In this document: piece after piece, positions 43,196 through 52,023 of the stretch
Layout: the number at the start of each line of letters is the position of its first letter
Position numbering within the stretch: position 1 is the stretch's first letter
NCBI GenBank assembly: GCA_017463185.1
Contig: JAFTPS010000014.1
Location: 40,514 to 104,513 of the forward strand
DNA length: 64,000 bases
Source: Alphaproteobacteria bacterium
Lineage (GTDB): Bacteria > Pseudomonadota > Alphaproteobacteria > Rs-D84
Direction of reading: 5' to 3'
Notes under the pieces: generated by a model
What the model saw: the letters and a program-made list of their open reading frames with translations, nothing else
Database searches by the model: none
What the model was told of the DNA's origin: nothing
Translations under genes and position numbers: made by a program

Positions 43196-43249
43196 AGTCT
43201 GATTATAATCAAATGTTTTCATTTCCGCAAATACTTATATAAATAAAAG

Positions 43250-43334
43250 TTTAGTGGTTAGTGTTTAGTGGAGAGTAGAAGTACTATGATGTGCGGCATT
43301 CGCCGCACACCAAGACTCCCCACTAACCACTAAA
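43250..43334. repeat. 85-bp hairpin-forming element with 14-bp perfect inverted ends (TTTAGTGGTTAGTG)
   Basis: 43250..43263 is the exact reverse complement of 43321..43334. Inner hairpin GTGCGGCattcGCCGCAC. Confidence 0.7.
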
Positions 43335-43360
43335 AAATCCCCCAAACGGGGGATTTTTTT
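43332..43360. terminator. Palindromic terminator
   Basis: AAAAAATCCCCCaaaCGGGGGATTTTTTT. Overlaps the stop of the PAP2 gene. Confidence 0.8.
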
Positions 43361-44039
43361 ATTTCTTCATCAACTGCCATTTTACAATATCGGCAACAAC
43401 CATACCAATAAACGCCCCCAGAATTACATCCGTTGGCCAATGCGCGCCAATCGCAATTCGTGACACCCCAACAATAATCGCCAGTGTCCAGGTCAAAGCC
43501 TTGTACTTTGGCGCCAACATACCAATCATAACCAACCCTGCAAATGTGACCGCCGTATGTCCCGACGGCATAGAATTAAATGCCCATTCGGTTGATGGCG
43601 GAAAAAATCCAGTCATATCCAAGGCCTCAAAAAATATTGGACGGGCACGCCCGATAAACGTCTTTGATACCTTTACCACCAATCCCGTACACAAGATAGA
43701 GCAAAATATAAAAAACGCATAACTGCCCTTTATTTTTACATAAAAATCACGCAAAAACGCGACAAGACTAATCCGATTTCTGTCATTTCTGATTTTTGGT
43801 TTTGATACCAGTGATTTTTTTACATAAAAAACCATTACCGCGACCAGGCCTGCAAAAAACCATACTTTGTCATCAAAAACCACACCAAACCAATACCATA
43901 AATTACAATCTAATTTTCGCAACAATAAATACAGCGGCGCATCCCCCCACGAAATCCCAACCACCAATAAACACGCAACCACCAGGGCCGCAATTTTCAA
44001 TCGCCCCCACAGCATTTTATTATCAGTTGTTAAAAACAT
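43359..44039 (-). CDS. PAP2-family lipid phosphatase
   Basis: KTFIGRARP, PSGH and SRIAIGAHWPTD are the three PAP2 motifs. Multiple TM helices. Confidence 0.85.
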   Translation of the reverse strand: MFLTTDNKMLWGRLKIAALVVACLLVVGISWGDAPLYLLLRKLDCNLWYWFGVVFDDKVWFFAGLVAVMVFYVKKSLVSKPKIRNDRNRISLVAFLRDFYVKIKGSYAFFIFCSILCTGLVVKVSKTFIGRARPIFFEALDMTGFFPPSTEWAFNSMPSGHTAVTFAGLVMIGMLAPKYKALTWTLAIIVGVSRIAIGAHWPTDVILGAFIGMVVADIVKWQLMKK

Positions 44040-44059
44040 ATCAACATCCCCTGTATTTA

Positions 44060-45568
44060 TTATTCTGCAACCAGTCCACTATAAACCTTTTTATCGGTCA
44101 GTATTTTAACCGACACCGCCGTTGCCAAAGCATCCTCGTCCGTGCCACTGGTAATAACGGGGCAGCCACGACGAATGGCGTCCGGGTCAATATCTGGGAC
44201 GCGATTAAAATCCTGGGCATTAAAATCATTATTGATAACATTTAGAAAGAAAGCATTCTGCTGTTGTGATGAACGAATATTAGATAAACAGACAATCGGG
44301 AACACACCACGCCCATCAATGACACGCCCTGCCCCCGTTTTTATGGATTTATTCAGCAATTCCAAAGCCCCACCATTATTTAAATCAATACGCGACGCAA
44401 TTCTGGCAGAACCAGCTGTCGGTGTTCCCACCAACACCCCACGCATATTTTCATAAAATGCTGCCGCCAATGCCTCGGCTGTGCCACGTGTCATATTTGA
44501 CATTAAAACAACCACCGGCGCACTTGTGACTGCATCCCCGCCTGGAACAACCTCTACCTCGTCTTTGGCGGTTTCAACAATGCGCATAACTGGTGTTTTT
44601 CCAATAAATAATCCACCAAATTTCGCGGCGGCAACCTCGTCATCACCGATTGCAGCACGCAAGTCCAACACAATCCCCGACACATCTGGATATCGGGCCA
44701 AGGCCTCGTTCACAATGGATACCGCCCCATTTGAAATACGATGTACAACAATTTCCAACAATCCCCCTGTATCTGGGTCAGACCGATGAACAATATCAGC
44801 ATCCGCCAAAACAATGGTCGCACGCCGCAAAACAACATCTTTGTCCCCCATTGGGGTCAACAACCTGATTTTTGATGTTCCTGAATTAAAACCAGATAAA
44901 ACCCGGGCCAATTCAGCATCATTCATATCCGATACATTGCGCCCATTTATCTCGGCAATCAAATCACCCGCGCGAATCCCAGCAATATCGGCGGGCGAAT
45001 CCTTGTAAATACCATTTACACGAAAATTTCCACGCGCATCCCGCGCGCCTTCCAGTCCAACACTGGTCAAAATACGACCATCTTCGGCGATTTCAGCAGC
45101 CTTGGAAAAAATATAGCGACCATTTTCATCCAGCCCGCCAACCAAACTTGCCACCACAACTTGATACATCTCACTTTCTGACAATTTCCGCAAAGACGCA
45201 TCATTAGCACGCATTTTTAATATCAGTGCGGTTGTAATTTCCCCAAACCCATTCCAATCGTTTGCACTGGGCCGCGGATAGTTCGCAATAATCGCATCAT
45301 CCCAAACCAACACCACCCGTTCATCGGTCGCTGCAATATGTGCCGACGGATTTAATTTTTCAATACTTTCAATTGCAACATTCAGATTTTTCCCCGCCCA
45401 CTTTGCGTTGTCCAGTTTTTCATAAATCTCGGCAAATGTTCTGGACACTTCAAACACGGGCAAACCATCTTGGATTGGCTCATCCTCAAAAAACAGACTT
45501 TCTGCACGCGCACCCGACACCGCCCCCAGGACTAAACACAGCCAAACCAACAGTTTTGATATTTTCAT
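44060..45568 (-). CDS. S41 (C-terminal processing peptidase)-like protein with PDZ domain; catalytic dyad apparently absent
   Basis: PDZ ..GIYKDSPADIAGIRAGDLIAEINGRNV... The S41 core aligns by eye, but GSASASE is replaced by MTRGTAE and TFGKG by TAGSA. Confidence 0.7.
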   Translation of the reverse strand: MKISKLLVWLCLVLGAVSGARAESLFFEDEPIQDGLPVFEVSRTFAEIYEKLDNAKWAGKNLNVAIESIEKLNPSAHIAATDERVVLVWDDAIIANYPRPSANDWNGFGEITTALILKMRANDASLRKLSESEMYQVVVASLVGGLDENGRYIFSKAAEIAEDGRILTSVGLEGARDARGNFRVNGIYKDSPADIAGIRAGDLIAEINGRNVSDMNDAELARVLSGFNSGTSKIRLLTPMGDKDVVLRRATIVLADADIVHRSDPDTGGLLEIVVHRISNGAVSIVNEALARYPDVSGIVLDLRAAIGDDEVAAAKFGGLFIGKTPVMRIVETAKDEVEVVPGGDAVTSAPVVVLMSNMTRGTAEALAAAFYENMRGVLVGTPTAGSARIASRIDLNNGGALELLNKSIKTGAGRVIDGRGVFPIVCLSNIRSSQQQNAFFLNVINNDFNAQDFNRVPDIDPDAIRRGCPVITSGTDEDALATAVSVKILTDKKVYSGLVAE

Positions 45569-45606
45569 TGTTTTGCCCTCCCCCAGACAGACAGTGCCGG
45601 AATAAA

Positions 45607-46473
45607 TTATTTTGAATCACCACGCAAATCAAAGTGATACAGCATAATATTGGAAATATACATACTGGTAAATGTTCCCATAATCACACTGAATCCCATT
45701 GCATACGCAAATTCACGCAGAATTTGACCACCGAATAAAGCCAAACCAATCATCGCCAACAGTGTAGAAACACTGGTCAACATCGTACGACGCAACATTT
45801 CATTTACCGACAAATCAATCAGTTGGCTCATAGGCATTTTATGATACTTTTTTACATTTTCATCAATACGATCATAGTTCACAATCTTGTCATTGATAGA
45901 ATACCCAATCCCGGTCAGAATAACCGCAATTGCTGTTTGGTTAAATTCCAGTCCCGTAACCGAAAAAAATCCAAACATCAACACAAAATCCAAGAACAGT
46001 GAACAAAATGCACCAATCGCATACCCCCCCTTGTACCGAATCCAAACATAGATAGCCATCATCACGAACGCGAACAGAATTGCCAAGATTCCACCACGAA
46101 CCAATTCGCCACCAATTTTTGGACCAACGACCTGAATCTGTTCATACTCAACGTTATTACCCAGAATATCTTTTATTTCGGCCACACGCTGGTTTTGCTG
46201 GACATCTGTTGCCCCCTTTGGCAACCCCAAACGAATCAAAATCGCATTACCGTCCACGGTCTGTAATTCTGGGTTAAACTCATCCAACGCTGTACGCATT
46301 TGTTCAATACCGTAATCTGCGACAATGGGCTTTACCTCCATCGCGATACCACCAGAAAAGTCAATCCCATAATTCAAACCACGCACCAACAAAGATACCA
46401 CCGATAACAGAATAACAAATCCTGAAACGATATACGATATCTTGCGATACTTCATAATTTGCAGTTTCATCAA
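45607..46473 (-). CDS. secF: Protein translocase subunit SecF
   Basis: 288 aa, 6 TM helices, ..GLNYGIDFSGG.., directly downstream of secD. Confidence 0.9.
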   Translation of the reverse strand: MMKLQIMKYRKISYIVSGFVILLSVVSLLVRGLNYGIDFSGGIAMEVKPIVADYGIEQMRTALDEFNPELQTVDGNAILIRLGLPKGATDVQQNQRVAEIKDILGNNVEYEQIQVVGPKIGGELVRGGILAILFAFVMMAIYVWIRYKGGYAIGAFCSLFLDFVLMFGFFSVTGLEFNQTAIAVILTGIGYSINDKIVNYDRIDENVKKYHKMPMSQLIDLSVNEMLRRTMLTSVSTLLAMIGLALFGGQILREFAYAMGFSVIMGTFTSMYISNIMLYHFDLRGDSK

Positions 46474-46488
46474 TATCCCCTTTGATTC

Positions 46489-48057
46489 TTATTTTTTACC
46501 GCCAACAAAACCAATTTTCTTGTTTTTGCCGTTCATATACCAATCAACCAAAACCTTGGTCAGCCATACACATGTGAACAAAGTCGTCAAAATACCAATA
46601 GACAGTGTCACCGCAAACCCACGAATAGGACCGGCCCCAAACTGGAACAACACCAAACCACAAATCAGCGTTGTCAAATTCCCGTCCAAAACAGCCTTCA
46701 TTGCACGATCAAAACCTAAATTAGCCGCACGCAAAGTGGGTGTGCCCGCACGCACTTCATCACGAATTCGCTCAAACGGCAATACATTTGCGTCCACCGC
46801 CATCCCCAGGGTCAACACAATACCAGCAATACCCGGTAATGTCAGCGTTGCGCCAAACAGTGCGGTAAATCCAACAATCATACCCAAATTCACCATCAAT
46901 GAAATTGCCGCAATCACACCAAAACCACGATATACCATAAACAGGAATATAAATATAAACAATACACCAGCCACTGCGCCAATTTTACCGCCGGCAATTG
47001 TATCAGCACCCAAACCAGCACCAACTGTGCGTTCCTCAATAACCGTCAATGGTGCAGGCAAAGCACCCGAACGCAATAATACAGCCAAATCTTTTGCACC
47101 CTGCAATGTAAATCCACCGGAAATCTGACCACGACCACCCGGAATAGGTTCACGAATTGTCGGGGCAGACAAAACCTTGCCATCCAAAACAATTGCAAAA
47201 CGTTCATTTACATGCTCTGTCGTCAATTTTGCAAAACGACGCGCCCCAGACGCATCAAACACAGTCGTCACCACCGGCATATTATTCTGGTCAAAATCCG
47301 CCTGGGAATCTGTCAGGGAATCCCCCGACACTTCTACACGGGAATAAACCGGTATTTTCTGGTCTGGCGCATCAATATACGGCAAAAATTCTGTCCCATT
47401 TGGCGCACGTCCCGCCGCCATTTGTTCGGCGGACACAGATTCATTTACCAAATGGAACGTCATCTTAGCCGTCTGCCCAATCAGTTCCTTGATACGCTCT
47501 GGATTATCCACACCAGGCAATTGCACCAAGATATATTTTCCACCCTGACTTTGAATAGATGGTTCTTTGGTCCCCAGCGCATCAATACGACGACGCACAA
47601 TTTCAATACTGCGCGCCAAAGCATCCTGAACCATTTCCGCTTTTTGCTTTTCGGAATAGGATAATTTAATCACATTACCATCGGACGAGATATCAACGGT
47701 ATTTCCAAACGCACTTTTCAAACGCCCCTTAGCCTTTGACACATCGTCTGCATCACGCACAGTCAGCGACACAACGCCGTCAACATTACGCAAATTAGAA
47801 AAACGTATAACACCCTTGTTCCGGTCAATCAGATTGCTACGCGCCTCATCATACAATTGAGCAGTCTTTTCCTGGAACATAGTAGATGTGTCCACCTCAA
47901 GCAATAACTGTGCCCCACCTTTTAAATCTAATCCCAACTGTACCGGCTGAATCCAAGACGGAAAATACGGCGCCAACTTCGGTGCCATCGTCGGCACCGC
48001 CAACAACACACCAAACACAGCAATAAACACAATTGCCAATTTCTTAAACATACCCAT
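46489..48057 (-). CDS. secD: Protein translocase subunit SecD
   Basis: 522 aa, ..LGLDLKGGAQLLLEV.., C-terminal TM bundle ..GIAGIVLTLGMAVDANV.. Confidence 0.9.
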   Translation of the reverse strand: MGMFKKLAIVFIAVFGVLLAVPTMAPKLAPYFPSWIQPVQLGLDLKGGAQLLLEVDTSTMFQEKTAQLYDEARSNLIDRNKGVIRFSNLRNVDGVVSLTVRDADDVSKAKGRLKSAFGNTVDISSDGNVIKLSYSEKQKAEMVQDALARSIEIVRRRIDALGTKEPSIQSQGGKYILVQLPGVDNPERIKELIGQTAKMTFHLVNESVSAEQMAAGRAPNGTEFLPYIDAPDQKIPVYSRVEVSGDSLTDSQADFDQNNMPVVTTVFDASGARRFAKLTTEHVNERFAIVLDGKVLSAPTIREPIPGGRGQISGGFTLQGAKDLAVLLRSGALPAPLTVIEERTVGAGLGADTIAGGKIGAVAGVLFIFIFLFMVYRGFGVIAAISLMVNLGMIVGFTALFGATLTLPGIAGIVLTLGMAVDANVLPFERIRDEVRAGTPTLRAANLGFDRAMKAVLDGNLTTLICGLVLFQFGAGPIRGFAVTLSIGILTTLFTCVWLTKVLVDWYMNGKNKKIGFVGGKK

Positions 48058-48067
48058 ACCCTTTTGT

Positions 48068-48379
48068 TTACTCTACACTTGCGACGGCGTTCTTATTTAC
48101 CTCTATAACAACGCCTTTGGCAACTTCTAACTCTATTGTTTTTTCATTGATTTTTTTAATAGTACCATAAATACCCGCCGCCATAACACGATTTCCGACC
48201 TGCAAAGAATCCAGCATTTTCTGGTATTCGGCCATACGTCGTTTATTCGGACGCACCATAAACAAATAAATAACACCGAAAATAACGATACAATACAAAA
48301 CCATACCCCACATACTGCCCTGTGGCGCGACCGGCGCGGCTTGCACCGCATTATCAACAACAACTGCTGCTTGTTCCAT
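48068..48379 (-). CDS. yajC: Preprotein translocase subunit YajC
   Basis: 103 aa, a single TM helix, ..RPNKRRMAEYQKMLDSLQVGNRVMAAGIYGTI.. Confidence 0.88.
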   Translation of the reverse strand: MEQAAVVVDNAVQAAPVAPQGSMWGMVLYCIVIFGVIYLFMVRPNKRRMAEYQKMLDSLQVGNRVMAAGIYGTIKKINEKTIELEVAKGVVIEVNKNAVASVE

Positions 48380-48470
48380 ATAATTTCTCCTTATTTATCT
48401 GGCACAATAGTAAATAAGACCAGAAAAGTAAAGAAAAAATAAAGATTTTTATTACACTGTTATTCTTGAT

Positions 48471-48497
48471 AAAAAATCCCCTGGCTTGGGGAAAAGC
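48471..48497 (-). terminator. Intrinsic terminator after mutL
   Basis: On the minus strand, CCCCaagccaGGGG followed by a T-run. Confidence 0.5.
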
Positions 48498-50242
48498 TAT
48501 CTCTCAAACCAACCATCAACTTCGCTCAGTGGTATAAACTTATAAACCGGCCGACCGTGATTACATTGACCGGCACGCTCGGTCCGCTCTATATCACGCA
48601 ACAAAGCATCCATTTGAACCATATCCAGTTTTTGCCCCGCCCGCACAGAATGGTGACACGCATAATTCGCCAATTTCAAATGTAACTTTTCATTCAACTG
48701 CGAGGAATGACCGTTGGCCCGAACCTCGTCCGCGATGGATTTTAAGACCGCCACCCAATCCATATCCCAATCGGCGGGCTTTTCAAATATCGCAATCGCC
48801 GCATCACCAAATGCATCAACAACCAACCCAGACAATTTTAATTCATCACGAATGGACATAATTGCAATCACATCTTCGTCCCGCAGTTTTACAACAATCG
48901 GTGTCAACAAAGGCTGAGTTTTAATTTTATGCCCACGCAATCGTTCATATGTAATCCGTTCATGTGCAGCGTGTTGGTCAATTACAACCAGATTATCATC
49001 CTTTTGCGCGACAATGTATTTATTACCAACCTGGCCAATAACACGCCCCAACGGTAAATCAATAACCGCTGATTCTATAATTGATTCAACTTTTGCTCTT
49101 TGCTCTCTGCTCTCTGCTCTTTGACATGTTTCAAATATCGGCACAGGTTTTACATCATCGCGAATACCAAACGAATCCGCCCGAATTCCAAAATTAAACT
49201 TTACCGGTTCTAGTGTTGCTTTGTGCTCTTTACTTTCAGAACTTTGGTGTGTTGCAACCGATGGTTGCGACAAAGTCTGCGCCAACCTCTCGCGCAGTGT
49301 TTTTACTATAAAAGAACGTACATGTGCGGGTTCCAAAAAATGCACTTCTGTCTTGGCGGGCGACACATTTACATCAACATACTGTGGCGGCAAAGTCAAA
49401 TACAACGCACACAGCGGAAATTCCCGCGCGTGCATTACATCCATATACGCTGCCCGCAACGCACCAACTAAAACCTTGTCCTTTACGGGGCGACCATTTA
49501 CAAACAAATATTGATCTATACTTGACGCGCGTCGCAAAGTCGGCTCTGACACAAAACCAGTCAATCTCATATCCGATGTTGTACGCGACATTGCATCAAC
49601 ATTCAACATACGCCCCGCAACATCATCACCCATAACGGCAACAATTCGTGCATCCATATCCTGATTTTTTGGAAAACGCCACTTGTTATTCAGAACAAAA
49701 CCAACATCTGGTCGCGCCATAGCCAAACGCTTTACAACCTCTAATACAGACATCATTTCCGCCCGGTCACCACGCAAAAACTTTAATCGTGCAGGCGTTT
49801 TTCCGAACAGATTTTCCACCCGTATCCGTGTACCACATTCCCAATCTGATGGCCGTGTCTGACCGGTGGCACAGTCCAAATGCCATCCATTTTCATCCAC
49901 ACCATTACACGTATCAATTGTCATATCGGATACAGATGCAATTGAAGGCAACGCTTCACCACGAAACCCCATAAAATTGATATTTAACAAATCATCCGTC
50001 GGTAATTTAGATGTCGCGTGTCGCGTCACGGCAACGGCCAAATCATCGCGCGACATACCCGAACCATTATCAATAATACTAATCAGTGTACGCCCACCAT
50101 CAACAATATCAATCATAATCTGGTCTGCACCTGCATCCAACGCATTTTCCACCAATTCTTTTACCACACTGGCGGGTCGTTCCACCACCTCGCCAGCGGC
50201 GATTTGATTTACCAAAAAATCAGGCAGAACACGTACAACCAC
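48497..50242 (-). CDS. mutL: DNA mismatch repair protein MutL
   Basis: GTG start. ..NQIAAGEVVERPASVVKELVENALDAGA.. GHKL ATPase and a C-terminal dimerisation domain. The linker contains repeat-word arrays (see findings). Confidence 0.9.
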   Translation of the reverse strand: MVVRVLPDFLVNQIAAGEVVERPASVVKELVENALDAGADQIMIDIVDGGRTLISIIDNGSGMSRDDLAVAVTRHATSKLPTDDLLNINFMGFRGEALPSIASVSDMTIDTCNGVDENGWHLDCATGQTRPSDWECGTRIRVENLFGKTPARLKFLRGDRAEMMSVLEVVKRLAMARPDVGFVLNNKWRFPKNQDMDARIVAVMGDDVAGRMLNVDAMSRTTSDMRLTGFVSEPTLRRASSIDQYLFVNGRPVKDKVLVGALRAAYMDVMHAREFPLCALYLTLPPQYVDVNVSPAKTEVHFLEPAHVRSFIVKTLRERLAQTLSQPSVATHQSSESKEHKATLEPVKFNFGIRADSFGIRDDVKPVPIFETCQRAESREQRAKVESIIESAVIDLPLGRVIGQVGNKYIVAQKDDNLVVIDQHAAHERITYERLRGHKIKTQPLLTPIVVKLRDEDVIAIMSIRDELKLSGLVVDAFGDAAIAIFEKPADWDMDWVAVLKSIADEVRANGHSSQLNEKLHLKLANYACHHSVRAGQKLDMVQMDALLRDIERTERAGQCNHGRPVYKFIPLSEVDGWFER

Positions 50243-50254
50243 AGATTTTCAATC

Positions 50255-50725
50255 CTATTCTTTAAATGTTACTTCTAAAATTTCATATTCTTTTTCACCA
50301 CCTGGCAACTTTACAATACAAGTATCACCAACGCATCGCCCAATCATAGCACGTCCCACCGGCGAAGTACACGAAATAACCGTACGACCATCTGATTCAA
50401 TATCGGATAAAATACGACACTGCATTTTATTGCCATCTTCATCCTCGGCCAGAACCCGTGCCCCAAACACCACACGATTGCCCGACAAAGATTCAACATC
50501 AATTACCGCAGCATTTTCAATCACATTTTCAATAAAGCGAATACGCGCATCAATTTGACGCTGCTTTTCCTTGGCCGCACTATAATCAGCATTTTCAGAC
50601 AAATCCCCCAAAGAACGTGCCCATTGAACCGTTTTCAGGATTTCAGGCCGCTGATTTTCCTTTAAATCTTTTAATTCTTTAATCAGGTTATCAAACCCAA
50701 CACGTGAAATTGGCTTTTTTTCCAT
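50255..50725 (-). CDS. greA: Transcription elongation factor GreA
   Basis: Start trimmed to MEKKPISRVGFDNL. ..DLSENADYSAAKEKQ.. Confidence 0.9.
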   Translation of the reverse strand: MEKKPISRVGFDNLIKELKDLKENQRPEILKTVQWARSLGDLSENADYSAAKEKQRQIDARIRFIENVIENAAVIDVESLSGNRVVFGARVLAEDEDGNKMQCRILSDIESDGRTVISCTSPVGRAMIGRCVGDTCIVKLPGGEKEYEILEVTFKE

Positions 50726-50812
50726 ATTACCTATCCTATTTTTATTTGCCAAATTATACGCATTCATTTTAATTTTGCAATTATCAAATGAACAGGATAT
50801 AGTTTATTTAAT

Positions 50813-51874
50813 ATGTTTAGGCTTACTATCTTATCTAAATTCTTGATGCGCCGTTTTTTTTCCGGCGTTGGTCTGGTTATGCTGGTTGTATGCGGAATTA
50901 TTATTGCCGTGACATTTGTTGAACGTCTGCCGTCTAATCCGGACGCATTATCGGCATTGTATGACGCATGGGTGCGATTACTGGAATATGTACCACTGTT
51001 TTTGCCACTGGCGGTTTTTATGGGAACATTGCTGGCATCATATAATTTAACTAAATCCAGCGAAAGTATTATTGTATCCAGTGCGGGTATGTCCCCCCTG
51101 CAATCGGCGCGACCTTTTCTGGTTGGGGCATTTTTAATTGGTATATTTGCAACAACGGTTATAAACCCATATTCGGTAAATATCAGTGTCCAGAACATAA
51201 CCCCCGAACATCTGCAATTGATTGACGATATGATTTGGCTGCGTGAATCATCGGACGATGGATATATCACGATGAACGCTACAAACATGCATAAAGCCGG
51301 TAATATATTATTGTTTGACGACGCAACCATTTATACCCAGGATAAACATTTCAAACTGACTGGTCGTATATCAGCCGACACGGTATCTTTGTCGGATGCT
51401 GGCCTGTCCGCACACAAGGCAACCAAATGGGGACCCAATGGTGAAATTACCAAACTGCCTGAATGGCACACAGACACAATGCTGACCCCACAAACGGTAC
51501 TGGACCGATACCTGCAACCGGACCAAATTTCATTCTGGGAATTACCGTCATTTATTAAAAAGATGGAAAACATCGGCGTACCTGTCCGTGGACACCGCGT
51601 ACAATTGTGGACTTTGGTTTTTCTGCCACTAACTATGATAGCAATGGCATTGCTGGGCGTTGCTTTTTCCCAGACTAAACAACGTCGCAATTACAGTTTT
51701 GGCACAAAATTCAGTTTGGGGATTATCACGTGCTTTGCGCTATATTTCCTGTTAAATATGTTCAATGCACTGGGGGCGACGGGTGCATTACCACCAATAT
51801 TATCCATAATTGCACCACCATTGATTATAATTGCTGGGGCTGGAATATTTATCACCAGTTTTGACACGATTTAA
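50813..51874 (+). CDS. LPS export ABC permease, LptF/LptG (YjgP/YjgQ) family
   Basis: 353 aa, N-terminal ..ILSKFLMRRFF.. and 6 TM helices with a periplasmic insert. Confidence 0.8.
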   Translation: MFRLTILSKFLMRRFFSGVGLVMLVVCGIIIAVTFVERLPSNPDALSALYDAWVRLLEYVPLFLPLAVFMGTLLASYNLTKSSESIIVSSAGMSPLQSARPFLVGAFLIGIFATTVINPYSVNISVQNITPEHLQLIDDMIWLRESSDDGYITMNATNMHKAGNILLFDDATIYTQDKHFKLTGRISADTVSLSDAGLSAHKATKWGPNGEITKLPEWHTDTMLTPQTVLDRYLQPDQISFWELPSFIKKMENIGVPVRGHRVQLWTLVFLPLTMIAMALLGVAFSQTKQRRNYSFGTKFSLGIITCFALYFLLNMFNALGATGALPPILSIIAPPLIIIAGAGIFITSFDTI

Positions 51875-51888
51875 GGGGACAACACAAA

Positions 51889-52023
51889 ATGCCATTAAAA
51901 CGAAAAAAGAATTCAAAATTTCCAAAAATCATTATGTGGATATTGATAATCGCACTGATTGTGCTGATGATTATCAGTTTCCCCGCAACCCAGCATATGA
52001 CCGAAATCGTGGTGTATCCATGA
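51889..52023 (+). CDS. Small membrane protein (44 aa), not in the ORF track
   Basis: MPLKRKKNSKFPKIIMWILIIALIVLMIISFPATQHMTEIVVYP. Basic N-terminus plus one TM helix. Its stop overlaps the xerD start (ATGA). Confidence 0.4.
   Translation: MPLKRKKNSKFPKIIMWILIIALIVLMIISFPATQHMTEIVVYP

Noticed and set aside
46442-47128. A 228-aa plus-strand ORF inside secD. Similar antisense ORFs occur at 23837..24478, 55545..56075, 50764..51330, 21884..22492 and 22423..23046.
   Set aside because: All lie antisense to genes with clear homology. Their products are compositionally biased and lack signatures, so they are shadow ORFs.
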